Virus record (IMG/VR): IMGVR_UViG_3300037419_001025
Location: 1-43,313 of that record
Origin: a virus
Lineage: Duplodnaviria; Caudoviricetes
Strand: one strand, 5' to 3'
DNA length: 43,313 nucleotides
The notes below the pieces were generated by a model. That model had not been told where the DNA came from. It saw nothing but the letters and a program-made list of their open reading frames with translations, and searched no databases. A program made the position numbers and the translations under genes. This document shows positions 35,365 through 43,130 of this stretch, piece by piece. Position 1 is the stretch's first letter; each line of letters begins with the position of its first letter.

Positions 35365-35622
35365 ATGTCGCTCACACCTGAAAATATCGTCGTGCCGTAT
35401 GACGAATTCACCGCAATATTCGACAACAAAAAGCGTTTCGTTAGCCTGGTGCCGTCGATACACGTTGTTCCCGGCCAGGTGCTGTCTATCTTATCGCCTA
35501 CGCATACGTCTTGCTTACGTAAGGTTACGTTTATTGAGGTTAAATTCGGGGAACGTCTTTGCTCTATCGCGCCTTTATCGAAGGCAGAGAAAGCCGAATT
35601 GAAAGGCGAGACGAATGATTAA
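35365..35622 (+). CDS. Small protein, possibly ASCH/DUF3850-like
   Basis: EF.AI....K.F......V.PGQVL.I......LRKVTFI resembles the ASCH/PUA pattern; GAAAGGAAA RBS. Confidence 0.45.
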   Translation: MSLTPENIVVPYDEFTAIFDNKKRFVSLVPSIHVVPGQVLSILSPTHTSCLRKVTFIEVKFGERLCSIAPLSKAEKAELKGETND

Positions 35623-35878
35623 CCTCGGACGAACTGAGAAAGAGCGCGGCACGCCGACAATGCATCGCGTCGCACGAGCCGCCGGCGGCTTCTTACATCA
35701 TGCAGTTCCGTTTGGTGAAACGAAATCACTTTGCGGTCATGAACCTAATGACAATCCGCGCTCAACAATGACGCGGGCGTGCTGGAATATTCTGCGCGTC
35801 GGGCATCTTGTCACATGCCGCAAATGCCAGGCTGAAGAAAAAGCGCTATTACTCAAGGGTTTGAATAATGAAAAATAA
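35615..35878 (+). CDS. Hypothetical Zn-binding protein (87 aa)
   Basis: H...SLCG...VTCRKC motif; coupled overlap with neighbours. Confidence 0.7.
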   Translation: MINLGRTEKERGTPTMHRVARAAGGFLHHAVPFGETKSLCGHEPNDNPRSTMTRACWNILRVGHLVTCRKCQAEEKALLLKGLNNEK

Positions 35879-36080
35879 AGACAATGAAAGCTCGCGCGAT
35901 GTATTACTTAAAAAAGCGCGGCTATTGGCGAAAGAATTGAACAAAGTTCACGTCGAATTAGCGCGAGACCATAACGTGACCGTTGATTATGACCTCTACA
36001 CGGCAATTACCGGGCCGGGTGGCGCTCAAGCGCCGAGGTTTGAAATGCGCTACACAATCGTAAAGGTCGAAAAGCTATGA
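35868..36080 (+). CDS. Hypothetical protein (70 aa)
   Basis: AAGGG RBS; overlaps both neighbours in operon fashion. Confidence 0.7.
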   Translation: MKNKDNESSRDVLLKKARLLAKELNKVHVELARDHNVTVDYDLYTAITGPGGAQAPRFEMRYTIVKVEKL

Positions 36081-36556
36081 ATCTTCAAGCATGGGTCATG
36101 AGGAATTGCCGCAATCCGGCTCAAGCGCTTGCCGAACTCGAAGCGGAACTCGGGGTATTAGGCGGGCATTTCATGGGTCCGAAAGAAGGCGTATCGGAGT
36201 CCGCGGTTCAGGCAGCGGTACGCCTTGAAGCCGCGAAAAAGGGTATGCGCCTCTTTAGGAACAACGTCGGCGCTCTGAAGGATGAGCGCGGCGTGCCTGT
36301 TCGCTTCGGCCTGGCGAACGACACAAAAGAGCTTAACGAAATCATCAAGTCGAGCGACCTTATCGGATGGAAAACGAAAATTATTTCGCCCGATATGGTC
36401 GGCCAGAAAATCGCGCAATTTCTCTGCCGCGAAGTGAAGGAATATAGTTGGACTTACACTGGCACGCCGCGCGAGGTCGCCCAATTGCGATGGATAACGA
36501 TGGTCAATGAAGCCGGCGGCGATGCTGCGTTTGCCACGGGGGCGGGTACGCTGTGA
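36077..36556 (+). CDS. VRR-NUC-like PD-(D/E)XK nuclease
   Basis: SES.VQ..VR, LFRNNVG, SSDLIG, REVK, Q..W...V..AGG.A.F. Confidence 0.82.
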   Translation: MNLQAWVMRNCRNPAQALAELEAELGVLGGHFMGPKEGVSESAVQAAVRLEAAKKGMRLFRNNVGALKDERGVPVRFGLANDTKELNEIIKSSDLIGWKTKIISPDMVGQKIAQFLCREVKEYSWTYTGTPREVAQLRWITMVNEAGGDAAFATGAGTL

Positions 36557-36801
36557 GCGATAACGACGAAGCCTTCGAGACTGTAGACGGCCGCGACCAA
36601 GCGGCTTATCGCGCTCGCTGCGTTCATCATGCGCGGCTATGGGTCAATGGTCATTCCAAGCATAACGAGATAGATGACGAGTGCATATTCGATTTCTCAT
36701 GCTGCGAGCCTGCCCAATTTACGCGCAATCGCTCTCATCGCGTCTCGATCTATAACGAATGGGCCGAACGGCTCGGCCTCGAAAAATATTTCGACGATTA
36801 G
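36553..36801 (+). CDS. Hypothetical protein (82 aa) with W..G.S.HN...DEC..DFSCC.P motif
   Basis: GTGA overlap start; His/Cys cluster. Confidence 0.7.
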   Translation: MSDNDEAFETVDGRDQAAYRARCVHHARLWVNGHSKHNEIDDECIFDFSCCEPAQFTRNRSHRVSIYNEWAERLGLEKYFDD

Positions 36802-36804
36802 TCA

Positions 36805-36834
36805 TTGACGGCCGCGTCAGTTGAACCTTACTAT
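36805..36834 (+). promoter_or_regulatory. Promoter TTGACG-N18-TACTAT with operator TGACGGCCGCGTCA (36806-36819)
   Basis: Palindrome overlaps the -35 box directly upstream of the TetR-like gene. Confidence 0.7.
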
Positions 36835-36870
36835 ACGAAAACTTTTTAACTTAAATCAATACGCAAAATC

Positions 36871-37197
36871 ATGACCGCTAAACTAGACCCGAAAGAACGC
36901 CAGCAGCAAATTCTTGACGCCGCTGTCAGTGAGGCCGCCCGCGTGGGCTTCACGAACATTCAACGCGCCGATATCGCGGCAAAGTTGGAAATATCGACGG
37001 GTCTCATCAATCGCTATTTCTCGACGATGACCGTTCTCAAGCGCGACGTTATGCGCTCGGCCGTAGTGCGCCTGAAGAAAGACGCGACCGATAAAGACGC
37101 GCTCGCCGTACTCGCTCAAGGCGTCGTGTTGAAAGATCGCCAGGCGTTGAAGGCGCCCGAGAATCTTCGCAATGCCGCGCTCAAGATGGCCGCTTGA
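36871..37197 (+). CDS. TetR/AcrR-type HTH regulator, short form (108 aa)
   Basis: RQQQILDAA...A..VGF......IAAKLEISTGLINRYFST matches the TetR N-terminal HTH. Confidence 0.85.
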   Translation: MTAKLDPKERQQQILDAAVSEAARVGFTNIQRADIAAKLEISTGLINRYFSTMTVLKRDVMRSAVVRLKKDATDKDALAVLAQGVVLKDRQALKAPENLRNAALKMAA

Positions 37198-37209
37198 TAA
37201 GGGGCCGAC

Positions 37210-39639
37210 ATGCACGCTTTACCGGCCGCCCTCGCGCCGCTCGCGGCGTATCGGCAATTTATCGTCTATATCGTGATTCCGCACGAGACGAAACCCGGCA
37301 AGACAAACAAGTTCCCCATCGACTTTAGAACGGGCCTTGTGACTGCCAAAGGCAGCGGCGCAACCGATCCGGCCATATGGACCGATGCACAAACCGCGAT
37401 AGCCGTAGCCGCGCAACTCAACACACAAGGCGGCCCCTACCCTTACGGGGTCGGCTTCGTGTTCACGCTTAACGATCCGTTCTTTTTCCTCGACATCGAC
37501 GGCGCTCACGATGGCAACGACTGGTCGCAACTTGCAAAAGACCTATGCGCCGCGTTCCCTGGTGCCGCAATAGAAGTCTCGCATTCAGGTCGTGGGCTTC
37601 ACATCTTCGGCGCCGCGCAGCATGTTCCGCCACACAAGACGAAGAACGCTCAATTCGGCCTTGAGTTCTACCATGCGAATCGTTTCGTCGCATTGACGGG
37701 AACGAATGCCGTCGGCAATGCGTCGCTCGACTTCACGCATATTTTGCCGCGCCTGGTCGCTCAATTCTTTGTACCTGACGCTGGCGACTACGGATCGAGC
37801 GAATGGACGACCGGACCTTGCCCCGAATGGTACGGGCCGACCGACGACGACAAGCTTATTGAACGCGCGATGCGCTCGCAGTCGAGCCGCGCGGCGTTTG
37901 GCAATGGCGCCTCATTCGCTGACTTGTGGACGGCAAATGTCGAAGTTCTCGCGCGAGCTTATCCGAATGACAGCGCCCCTTATGATGCCTCGCTTGCCGA
38001 TAGCGCCCTCGCGCAACACCTGGCGTTTTGGACCGGCAAAGACTGCGAACGCATAAAGCGCCTCATGATGCGGTCGGCCCTGGTGCGCGAGAAATGGCAG
38101 CGTGACGATTACATGCAGATGACGATTACCAAGGTCGTCGCGCGGCAAATGGAAGTCTTGACCGACAAGATGCCCGAGCCGTCACGCATCCCGGCGCCAA
38201 TGAGCGGCGGCGAAATGCAAGCGTCACCATTGCGGAGTGGTGGCGCACCTGGCGAGCAAGCCAAGCCCGCGAGCGTCAACGGCGCGACCTTCCTCACCAT
38301 CGAACAGCAAATCGAATTGTTCAAAGGTTGCATCTATGTATGCGATCAACACCGCGTCTTGATCCCCGGCGGCGTGCTCTTGCGCGAGTCGCAATTCCGC
38401 GTCATGTTCGGCGGCTATTCGTTCCCGATGGATTATGCCAACGAGCGCACCGTTCGCGACGCCTGGGAAGCTTTTACCCAATCGCAGGCGTTCCGCGCCC
38501 CTATCGCTGACACGGCCGCATTCCTGCCTAATCACGCGCCAGGCTCGATTGTTGAGCGGCCAGGTCGCACCATAGCGAACACATATTGGCCGGTCAATAC
38601 GCCGCGCCGCGTGGGCGATATCGGCCCGTTTATGCGTCATCTGGAAAAGGTCATTCCGAACGAGCGCGACCGCCGCATATTGTTGTCGTACATGGCCGCT
38701 ATCGTGCAACACAAGGGAATCAAATTCCAATGGGCGCCGCTCATCCAAGGCGCCGAGGGTAACGGCAAAACGCTTTTTACTCGTTGCGTCGCGTTCGCGG
38801 TCGGCGGCCGATACAGCTATTTCCCGAGCGCGGCCGATCTGGCCGACAAGTTCAACGATTGGATGGTAGGCGCGATCTTTATCGGCGTGGAAGATATCTA
38901 TGTGTCGGAAGCGCGTACGGAAATTCTCGAAGCGCTCAAACCGATGGTGACGAACAGCGAGCAACAAATTCAAGGCAAGGGGCGCGACAAATATACCGGG
39001 GAAGTTTGCTGTAACTGGATTCTCAACTCGAACCATAAAAATGCGATCCAGATTAAAGCGGACATGCGCCGCTATTCGATTTTCTACAGCGCACAGCAGA
39101 CGAAAGACGACATTAACCGCTGTGGCATGGGCGGCGATTATTTCCCGAGGCTTTATAACTGGCTGAAAAATGAAGGCGGGTATGAGATTGTGAACGAGTT
39201 GCTTCACACGTACCCGATTGACCCCGAGTTCAACCCGGCCGGCATGTGCCAACGCGCCCCGGAAACGTCGTCGATGCCCGAGGCGATTAATGCCTCGCGT
39301 GGCGGAGTAGAACAAGAGATTATGGAAGCGATTGCGCAGGGGTCGCAAGGATTCGGCGGCGACTGGATTTCTTCGATCATGCTCGACCGGCTCTTGAAGG
39401 ACATCGGCGCTCAACGCCGATTACCGAGGAACAAGCGCGACGAACTGTTGCTCTCGCTCGGATACATGCCGCATCCGGCGCTTAGTGGCGGTCGCGCCCC
39501 GGCTACCGTCATGCCCGACGCCGGCGTTCCGATCCTCTACGTCAGAACCAATTCGCCCGCCGCAATGATTGCCACGCCGAGCGAAGTCGTTAGCGCTTAT
39601 TCAACAGCGCAAAGCGGCCCTCGATATTCCCACGTATAA
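37210..39639 (+). CDS. Primase-polymerase (AEP) fused to SF3-like helicase (DUF5906-like)
   Basis: GVGFVF...FFLDID, EVSHSGRGLHIF, EFY...RFVALTG, D.ALAQHLAFWTGKD; P-loop GAEGNGKT, SNH..AI....RRY. Confidence 0.9.
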   Translation: MHALPAALAPLAAYRQFIVYIVIPHETKPGKTNKFPIDFRTGLVTAKGSGATDPAIWTDAQTAIAVAAQLNTQGGPYPYGVGFVFTLNDPFFFLDIDGAHDGNDWSQLAKDLCAAFPGAAIEVSHSGRGLHIFGAAQHVPPHKTKNAQFGLEFYHANRFVALTGTNAVGNASLDFTHILPRLVAQFFVPDAGDYGSSEWTTGPCPEWYGPTDDDKLIERAMRSQSSRAAFGNGASFADLWTANVEVLARAYPNDSAPYDASLADSALAQHLAFWTGKDCERIKRLMMRSALVREKWQRDDYMQMTITKVVARQMEVLTDKMPEPSRIPAPMSGGEMQASPLRSGGAPGEQAKPASVNGATFLTIEQQIELFKGCIYVCDQHRVLIPGGVLLRESQFRVMFGGYSFPMDYANERTVRDAWEAFTQSQAFRAPIADTAAFLPNHAPGSIVERPGRTIANTYWPVNTPRRVGDIGPFMRHLEKVIPNERDRRILLSYMAAIVQHKGIKFQWAPLIQGAEGNGKTLFTRCVAFAVGGRYSYFPSAADLADKFNDWMVGAIFIGVEDIYVSEARTEILEALKPMVTNSEQQIQGKGRDKYTGEVCCNWILNSNHKNAIQIKADMRRYSIFYSAQQTKDDINRCGMGGDYFPRLYNWLKNEGGYEIVNELLHTYPIDPEFNPAGMCQRAPETSSMPEAINASRGGVEQEIMEAIAQGSQGFGGDWISSIMLDRLLKDIGAQRRLPRNKRDELLLSLGYMPHPALSGGRAPATVMPDAGVPILYVRTNSPAAMIATPSEVVSAYSTAQSGPRYSHV

Positions 39640-39644
39640 ACCAA

Positions 39645-39676
39645 TTGACGCCGGCGTCATTATTGATTAATCTCAA
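39645..39676 (+). promoter_or_regulatory. Promoter TTGACG-N17-TAATCT with operator TGACGCCGGCGTCA (39646-39659) and TTGAT-N4-CTCAA box (39663-39676)
   Basis: Read directly from sequence; intergenic, right after the primase stop codon. Confidence 0.7.
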
Positions 39677-39707
39677 GCCTGTTTCTCGAAAGTAAGGGTC
39701 GGTCATT

Positions 39708-39953
39708 ATGAGCATTGCAAAATTATATGGCGAAGGCAAAAGGCAAATATTGATCGCTCGCAAACGTTCCGAGGATGGCTTCGAGCGACCGGAAGTTCGC
39801 ATTTATTACACGGCGAGGAATCCCCGCTTCGATACATGCTCGGTCGCGCGGACCTTTCCCGATACGCCAGTCGGCGCTATGGCTCAAAGGATGTATTTCG
39901 ACTCACTCGACGAGGAACGCGCACGTCGAATCATTGAGCGGGTCGAAGAATGA
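39708..39953 (+). CDS. Hypothetical protein (81 aa)
   Basis: TAAGGG RBS; first gene after the promoter. Confidence 0.75.
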   Translation: MSIAKLYGEGKRQILIARKRSEDGFERPEVRIYYTARNPRFDTCSVARTFPDTPVGAMAQRMYFDSLDEERARRIIERVEE

Positions 39954-40099
39954 GCGAGACCCAAATCGAGGCCCAATATCGCAAACAGGCGTCAATGCGG
40001 CAATGGATATTTGAGACGCCAATAACTTACGAGGCAAATCATGCAACCGAATGTGAACAACACACCGTTACAGAACATCAACCGTTTACGCGAGATTGA
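39950..40099 (+). CDS. Possible 49-aa ORF (MSETQIEAQYRKQASMRQWIFE...)
   Basis: ATGA-coupled to the previous gene; overlaps the next ORF by 59 nt. Confidence 0.35.
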   Translation: MSETQIEAQYRKQASMRQWIFETPITYEANHATECEQHTVTEHQPFTRD

Positions 40100-40583
40100 A
40101 GAACGGATCGAGCAAATCAAAGACGACCCGAAATTTCCGCGTACTACCGTCCCTATGGGGATTGAGGAAGGCTTGCTATGCAAAGAACTCGCCGACCTAC
40201 AAAACGAGAAAGAATTTATTTATGCGTCGTCGGCGCTGCCGCTCGATCACTTTGCGCAATTCTCCGATCCATACACATGGGCGGCCGAATTTGCAGCGCG
40301 GTTCCCCGTGAGTCTCGAAGTCGTTCAACATTGGTTCGTCATGATGATGAAATCCGCGCACAAAGCCGGCGAGGCTCGCGGGCGCCTGGATAATCACGAG
40401 GCCGCAACGATACAAGGAAGGTTAAACGTCGCGCTCTACGCGCTCGAAACCCTGCAAGCAATGTTCGCACATGGTCATGCGCGTTCGTCGAAGCTTATTC
40501 GCGATGTCAACGACGAGGGGCGCGATCCTGAAACGGCGCTCGCTTTTTTGAATCGCATCGTCGTTGAGGTTCTTGAAAAATGA
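40041..40583 (+). CDS. Hypothetical protein (180 aa)
   Basis: GAGG RBS with AATCATG start; helical. Confidence 0.75.
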   Translation: MQPNVNNTPLQNINRLREIEERIEQIKDDPKFPRTTVPMGIEEGLLCKELADLQNEKEFIYASSALPLDHFAQFSDPYTWAAEFAARFPVSLEVVQHWFVMMMKSAHKAGEARGRLDNHEAATIQGRLNVALYALETLQAMFAHGHARSSKLIRDVNDEGRDPETALAFLNRIVVEVLEK

Positions 40584-40822
40584 CTATCCTCGAAATAATC
40601 ATCCTCGGCTTTTGCGGCGTGGGCTTCGCGTGGCTTTGCTTGAAATGGATCGCACGCATCGAACCGTTTGAATACGATGACTTCGTTACATACATTCGCC
40701 ATTGCCGCAAATGCGATCAAGAGCAAGAATTGATCGAGATAGAGCCGGATCGCTTCGCCTGGGTTCCTGTCTACCCGCTGAAGGACATCGCTTGCACCTG
40801 TCATGGGGATACACGCGCATGA
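40580..40822 (+). CDS. Small protein with N-terminal membrane anchor and Cys motif (80 aa)
   Basis: Hydrophobic first 20 aa; CRKC...CTCH; ATGA-coupled. Confidence 0.7.
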   Translation: MTILEIIILGFCGVGFAWLCLKWIARIEPFEYDDFVTYIRHCRKCDQEQELIEIEPDRFAWVPVYPLKDIACTCHGDTRA

Positions 40823-41319
40823 AAGCCGTCGCTGGGTCTCTCCATCTCATACCGCCCGACCGCGCTCGATGGCTGCAATACCTCGAAGGCGGGGGAAATC
40901 TCTACTTCCATGTATCGACAGCGCGATTCACGGCCTCAGACACGCATGATGTCGTGCGCTCTGACGTGATGTGCCGCATGCGGGACGATGGTCTTATCAA
41001 CGTGAAATTCGGCCGCGTGAGGCTTACCAATCTCGGGCAGGTCGCAGCGATGGCGACACATTGCGGAAAGCTCATGTACGACGTTCTAGCGGGCCTACAC
41101 GACGAGAAGCAACCGACACGCTTGCTCGCGGATTTCTACAACAAACAGGCACGCGGCACCGCAAATAATCGCTATCGCTCGGACCTGGCAAACGCCTTGA
41201 CGAGCCTCGAAAAATGGAAGTTGACCGAATATCGCGGCGGCACCTGGCATATGACCGAAGTCGGCCGCCTGGTCGCCGCGTATCTTGTAGGACTAGACAA
41301 GAGCCGCGCTATCGCTTAA
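40819..41319 (+). CDS. Hypothetical protein, possibly tandem winged-helix (166 aa)
   Basis: ATG 40819 after GGGGA; two similar units ending GLI......LTNLG and KLT......MTEVG. Confidence 0.6.
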   Translation: MKAVAGSLHLIPPDRARWLQYLEGGGNLYFHVSTARFTASDTHDVVRSDVMCRMRDDGLINVKFGRVRLTNLGQVAAMATHCGKLMYDVLAGLHDEKQPTRLLADFYNKQARGTANNRYRSDLANALTSLEKWKLTEYRGGTWHMTEVGRLVAAYLVGLDKSRAIA

Positions 41320-41351
41320 GCTGAAGCTCTTGTCTCGTAAGACTCGACTTT

Positions 41352-41376
41352 GCCCGCCTCGCAGCGGGCTTTTTTT
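41352..41376 (+). terminator. Intrinsic terminator between convergent genes
   Basis: GCCCGC-CTCGCA-GCGGGC followed by TTTTTTT. Confidence 0.85.
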
Positions 41377-41380
41377 CGTC

Positions 41381-41896
41381 TCACGGTTTCCATTCCGGCG
41401 GCTCGGGCCGGCTTGTCTTTTCCTCTACAATGCGTTGCAACTTTGCCCGCGTGCGGTCGAAATTAGGATCGTGCGCGTTCATCAACTCGTCGGCCACGGC
41501 TCGAACAAAGTCGATATCCAACGGATGAACACGGAAATGGAATAGCGCGGTGCCGCCGCTGTGGCTCGTCGCATGCTTGTATTCAATCTCTTTCATCGTC
41601 AGGAACGGAAATCTCGCCTTGGTCAGCGCTTCAACCGTTCCGCGAACGGTCTCGACATCGCTCGTGTAGCAGCGCACGCCAAAGACGACGAGTTCGCGTA
41701 TCGCCTCGTTTCGCCTTTCTCGCATGTCGATGGCCGGCATCGAGTCCCGAAATTCCCGGTTCGACGCGTACAGACATTGAACGCATACGCCGCTTACCGT
41801 GTAGCGCGGCGCCGTGTGGCCGTTCTTGCACGGTCGGCCCGTGAAATATTTGTTGTCGCCAGCGGCAACGGCCGTTTTTCGGCTCTTTATTTCCAT
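41381..41896 (-). CDS. Protein with N-terminal YFTGRPCKNGH...CVQC Zn-binding motif (171 aa)
   Basis: GGAG RBS; this motif often precedes HNH domains, but no HNH motif is visible here. Confidence 0.75.
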   Translation of the reverse strand: MEIKSRKTAVAAGDNKYFTGRPCKNGHTAPRYTVSGVCVQCLYASNREFRDSMPAIDMRERRNEAIRELVVFGVRCYTSDVETVRGTVEALTKARFPFLTMKEIEYKHATSHSGGTALFHFRVHPLDIDFVRAVADELMNAHDPNFDRTRAKLQRIVEEKTSRPEPPEWKP

Positions 41897-42329
41897 GATT
41901 TGCTCCGTCTCGTAAAAATCATAATGTTATGATAGTTATGATTTTCTGCCTAATTTTTAAGCAAATTATCATAATATTTTGATGCATATCATAACTCAAT
42001 TTGACGCTAATCAAACGTTGTTTTCGCTCTTTTTGACCAAAATCAACCCGATTTTATCGGTTTTTACCTGTTTTTGTTGTCAACTTAATCACGTTTTTGT
42101 CAATTTACACTACTTCTACTCCGCACGCTAAAAAAATATCATAATGTATGATTATGACAGAAAAAGAGGTAAGGAAATATCATAATCATAGAAAAGGGTA
42201 CAAAAGTGTAGCGGGAGTGCAAACGCGTGGCATGCAAGCCCGATCAAGAATCATAATCATAAATTTGTGTTATGATTTTTCGCAAAATTTTCGTTGACGA
42301 GGCTCAACATTTAAGCGTTATGATGTGTT
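41897..42329. repeat. AT-rich non-coding region with 11 perfect ATCATAA/TTATGAT heptamers (candidate origin or packaging-initiation region)
   Basis: Copies start at 41918, 41927, 41936, 41968, 41988, 42138, 42179, 42250, 42256, 42270 and 42318; largest non-coding gap in the genome. Confidence 0.75.
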
Positions 42330-43130
42330 ATGGAAATTCAAACCGTCACCGATGAGAACGAACAACCGCTCAATGTGAATCAAGTTCGATTCGTTGAGGT
42401 CTATTGTTCGCTATCGCCGCGCAAGCCAGCTGTGGCCTATATGCGCGTCTACTGCTGCAAGCCTGCCGATGCGGCTCGCAACGGATGGCGGCTACTCAAA
42501 GACCCGAGGATAAAGCGAGCCATTGAGGAACGCGACAAGGCGGCCAGGGAAGCGAATAGCCTCGCTGTAGGCGATCTGATAGCGCACCTGACCGAAATCA
42601 TCAAGGCGAACCCTGCCGACCTCATCGAGTACCGTCGCGGTGCCTGCCGCTACTGTTGGGGCGACGGCTTTCAGTATCAGCGCACGCAAGGCGAATACAA
42701 TCGCGACCTAGCCGCCTATCTGGAAGCGAATAAAGCGGCGCATGAGCGCTCGAAAGGGAAAGTCGCGCTCGACCCCCTCGGCCTTTTCTTCGACGTGAAA
42801 GGCGGCATCGGATACAACCGCAACGAGGCGCCCCATCCCGAATGCCCCGAGTGTTTCGGCGATGGCGAAGGCTTCGAGTTCGTGAAGGATACGCGCAGCC
42901 TTCCGCCGGCGGCGGCCAGGTTGTACGGCGGTTTGAAAATCACGCGCGACGGCATTTCGATTGTCACGCGATCCCAAGACAAGAGCCTTGAAATGGCGCT
43001 ACAGGTCGCGGGCCTACTCGGTACGAAACGCAGCGGCGACGACGAGGAAGGCGATACGCCGCCGGCCGCATCCGTCACGTATCACGAAGTAGACGCGCGC
43101 GCACCGCAAGATTATGAGGGCGAAGAATGA
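42330..43130 (+). CDS. terS: Terminase small subunit with Cys-rich insertion
   Basis: LN..Q.RFVE.Y......AY...Y....A...G.RLLKDPRI..AI N-terminus; CRYC...CPEC insertion; ATGA-coupled to terL. Confidence 0.88.
   Translation: MEIQTVTDENEQPLNVNQVRFVEVYCSLSPRKPAVAYMRVYCCKPADAARNGWRLLKDPRIKRAIEERDKAAREANSLAVGDLIAHLTEIIKANPADLIEYRRGACRYCWGDGFQYQRTQGEYNRDLAAYLEANKAAHERSKGKVALDPLGLFFDVKGGIGYNRNEAPHPECPECFGDGEGFEFVKDTRSLPPAAARLYGGLKITRDGISIVTRSQDKSLEMALQVAGLLGTKRSGDDEEGDTPPAASVTYHEVDARAPQDYEGEE

Noticed and set aside
41897-42329. Repeat region as a CRISPR mini-array or tRNA locus
   Set aside because: Repeats are 7 bp, irregularly spaced and in both orientations; no cloverleaf or T-loop motif seen.
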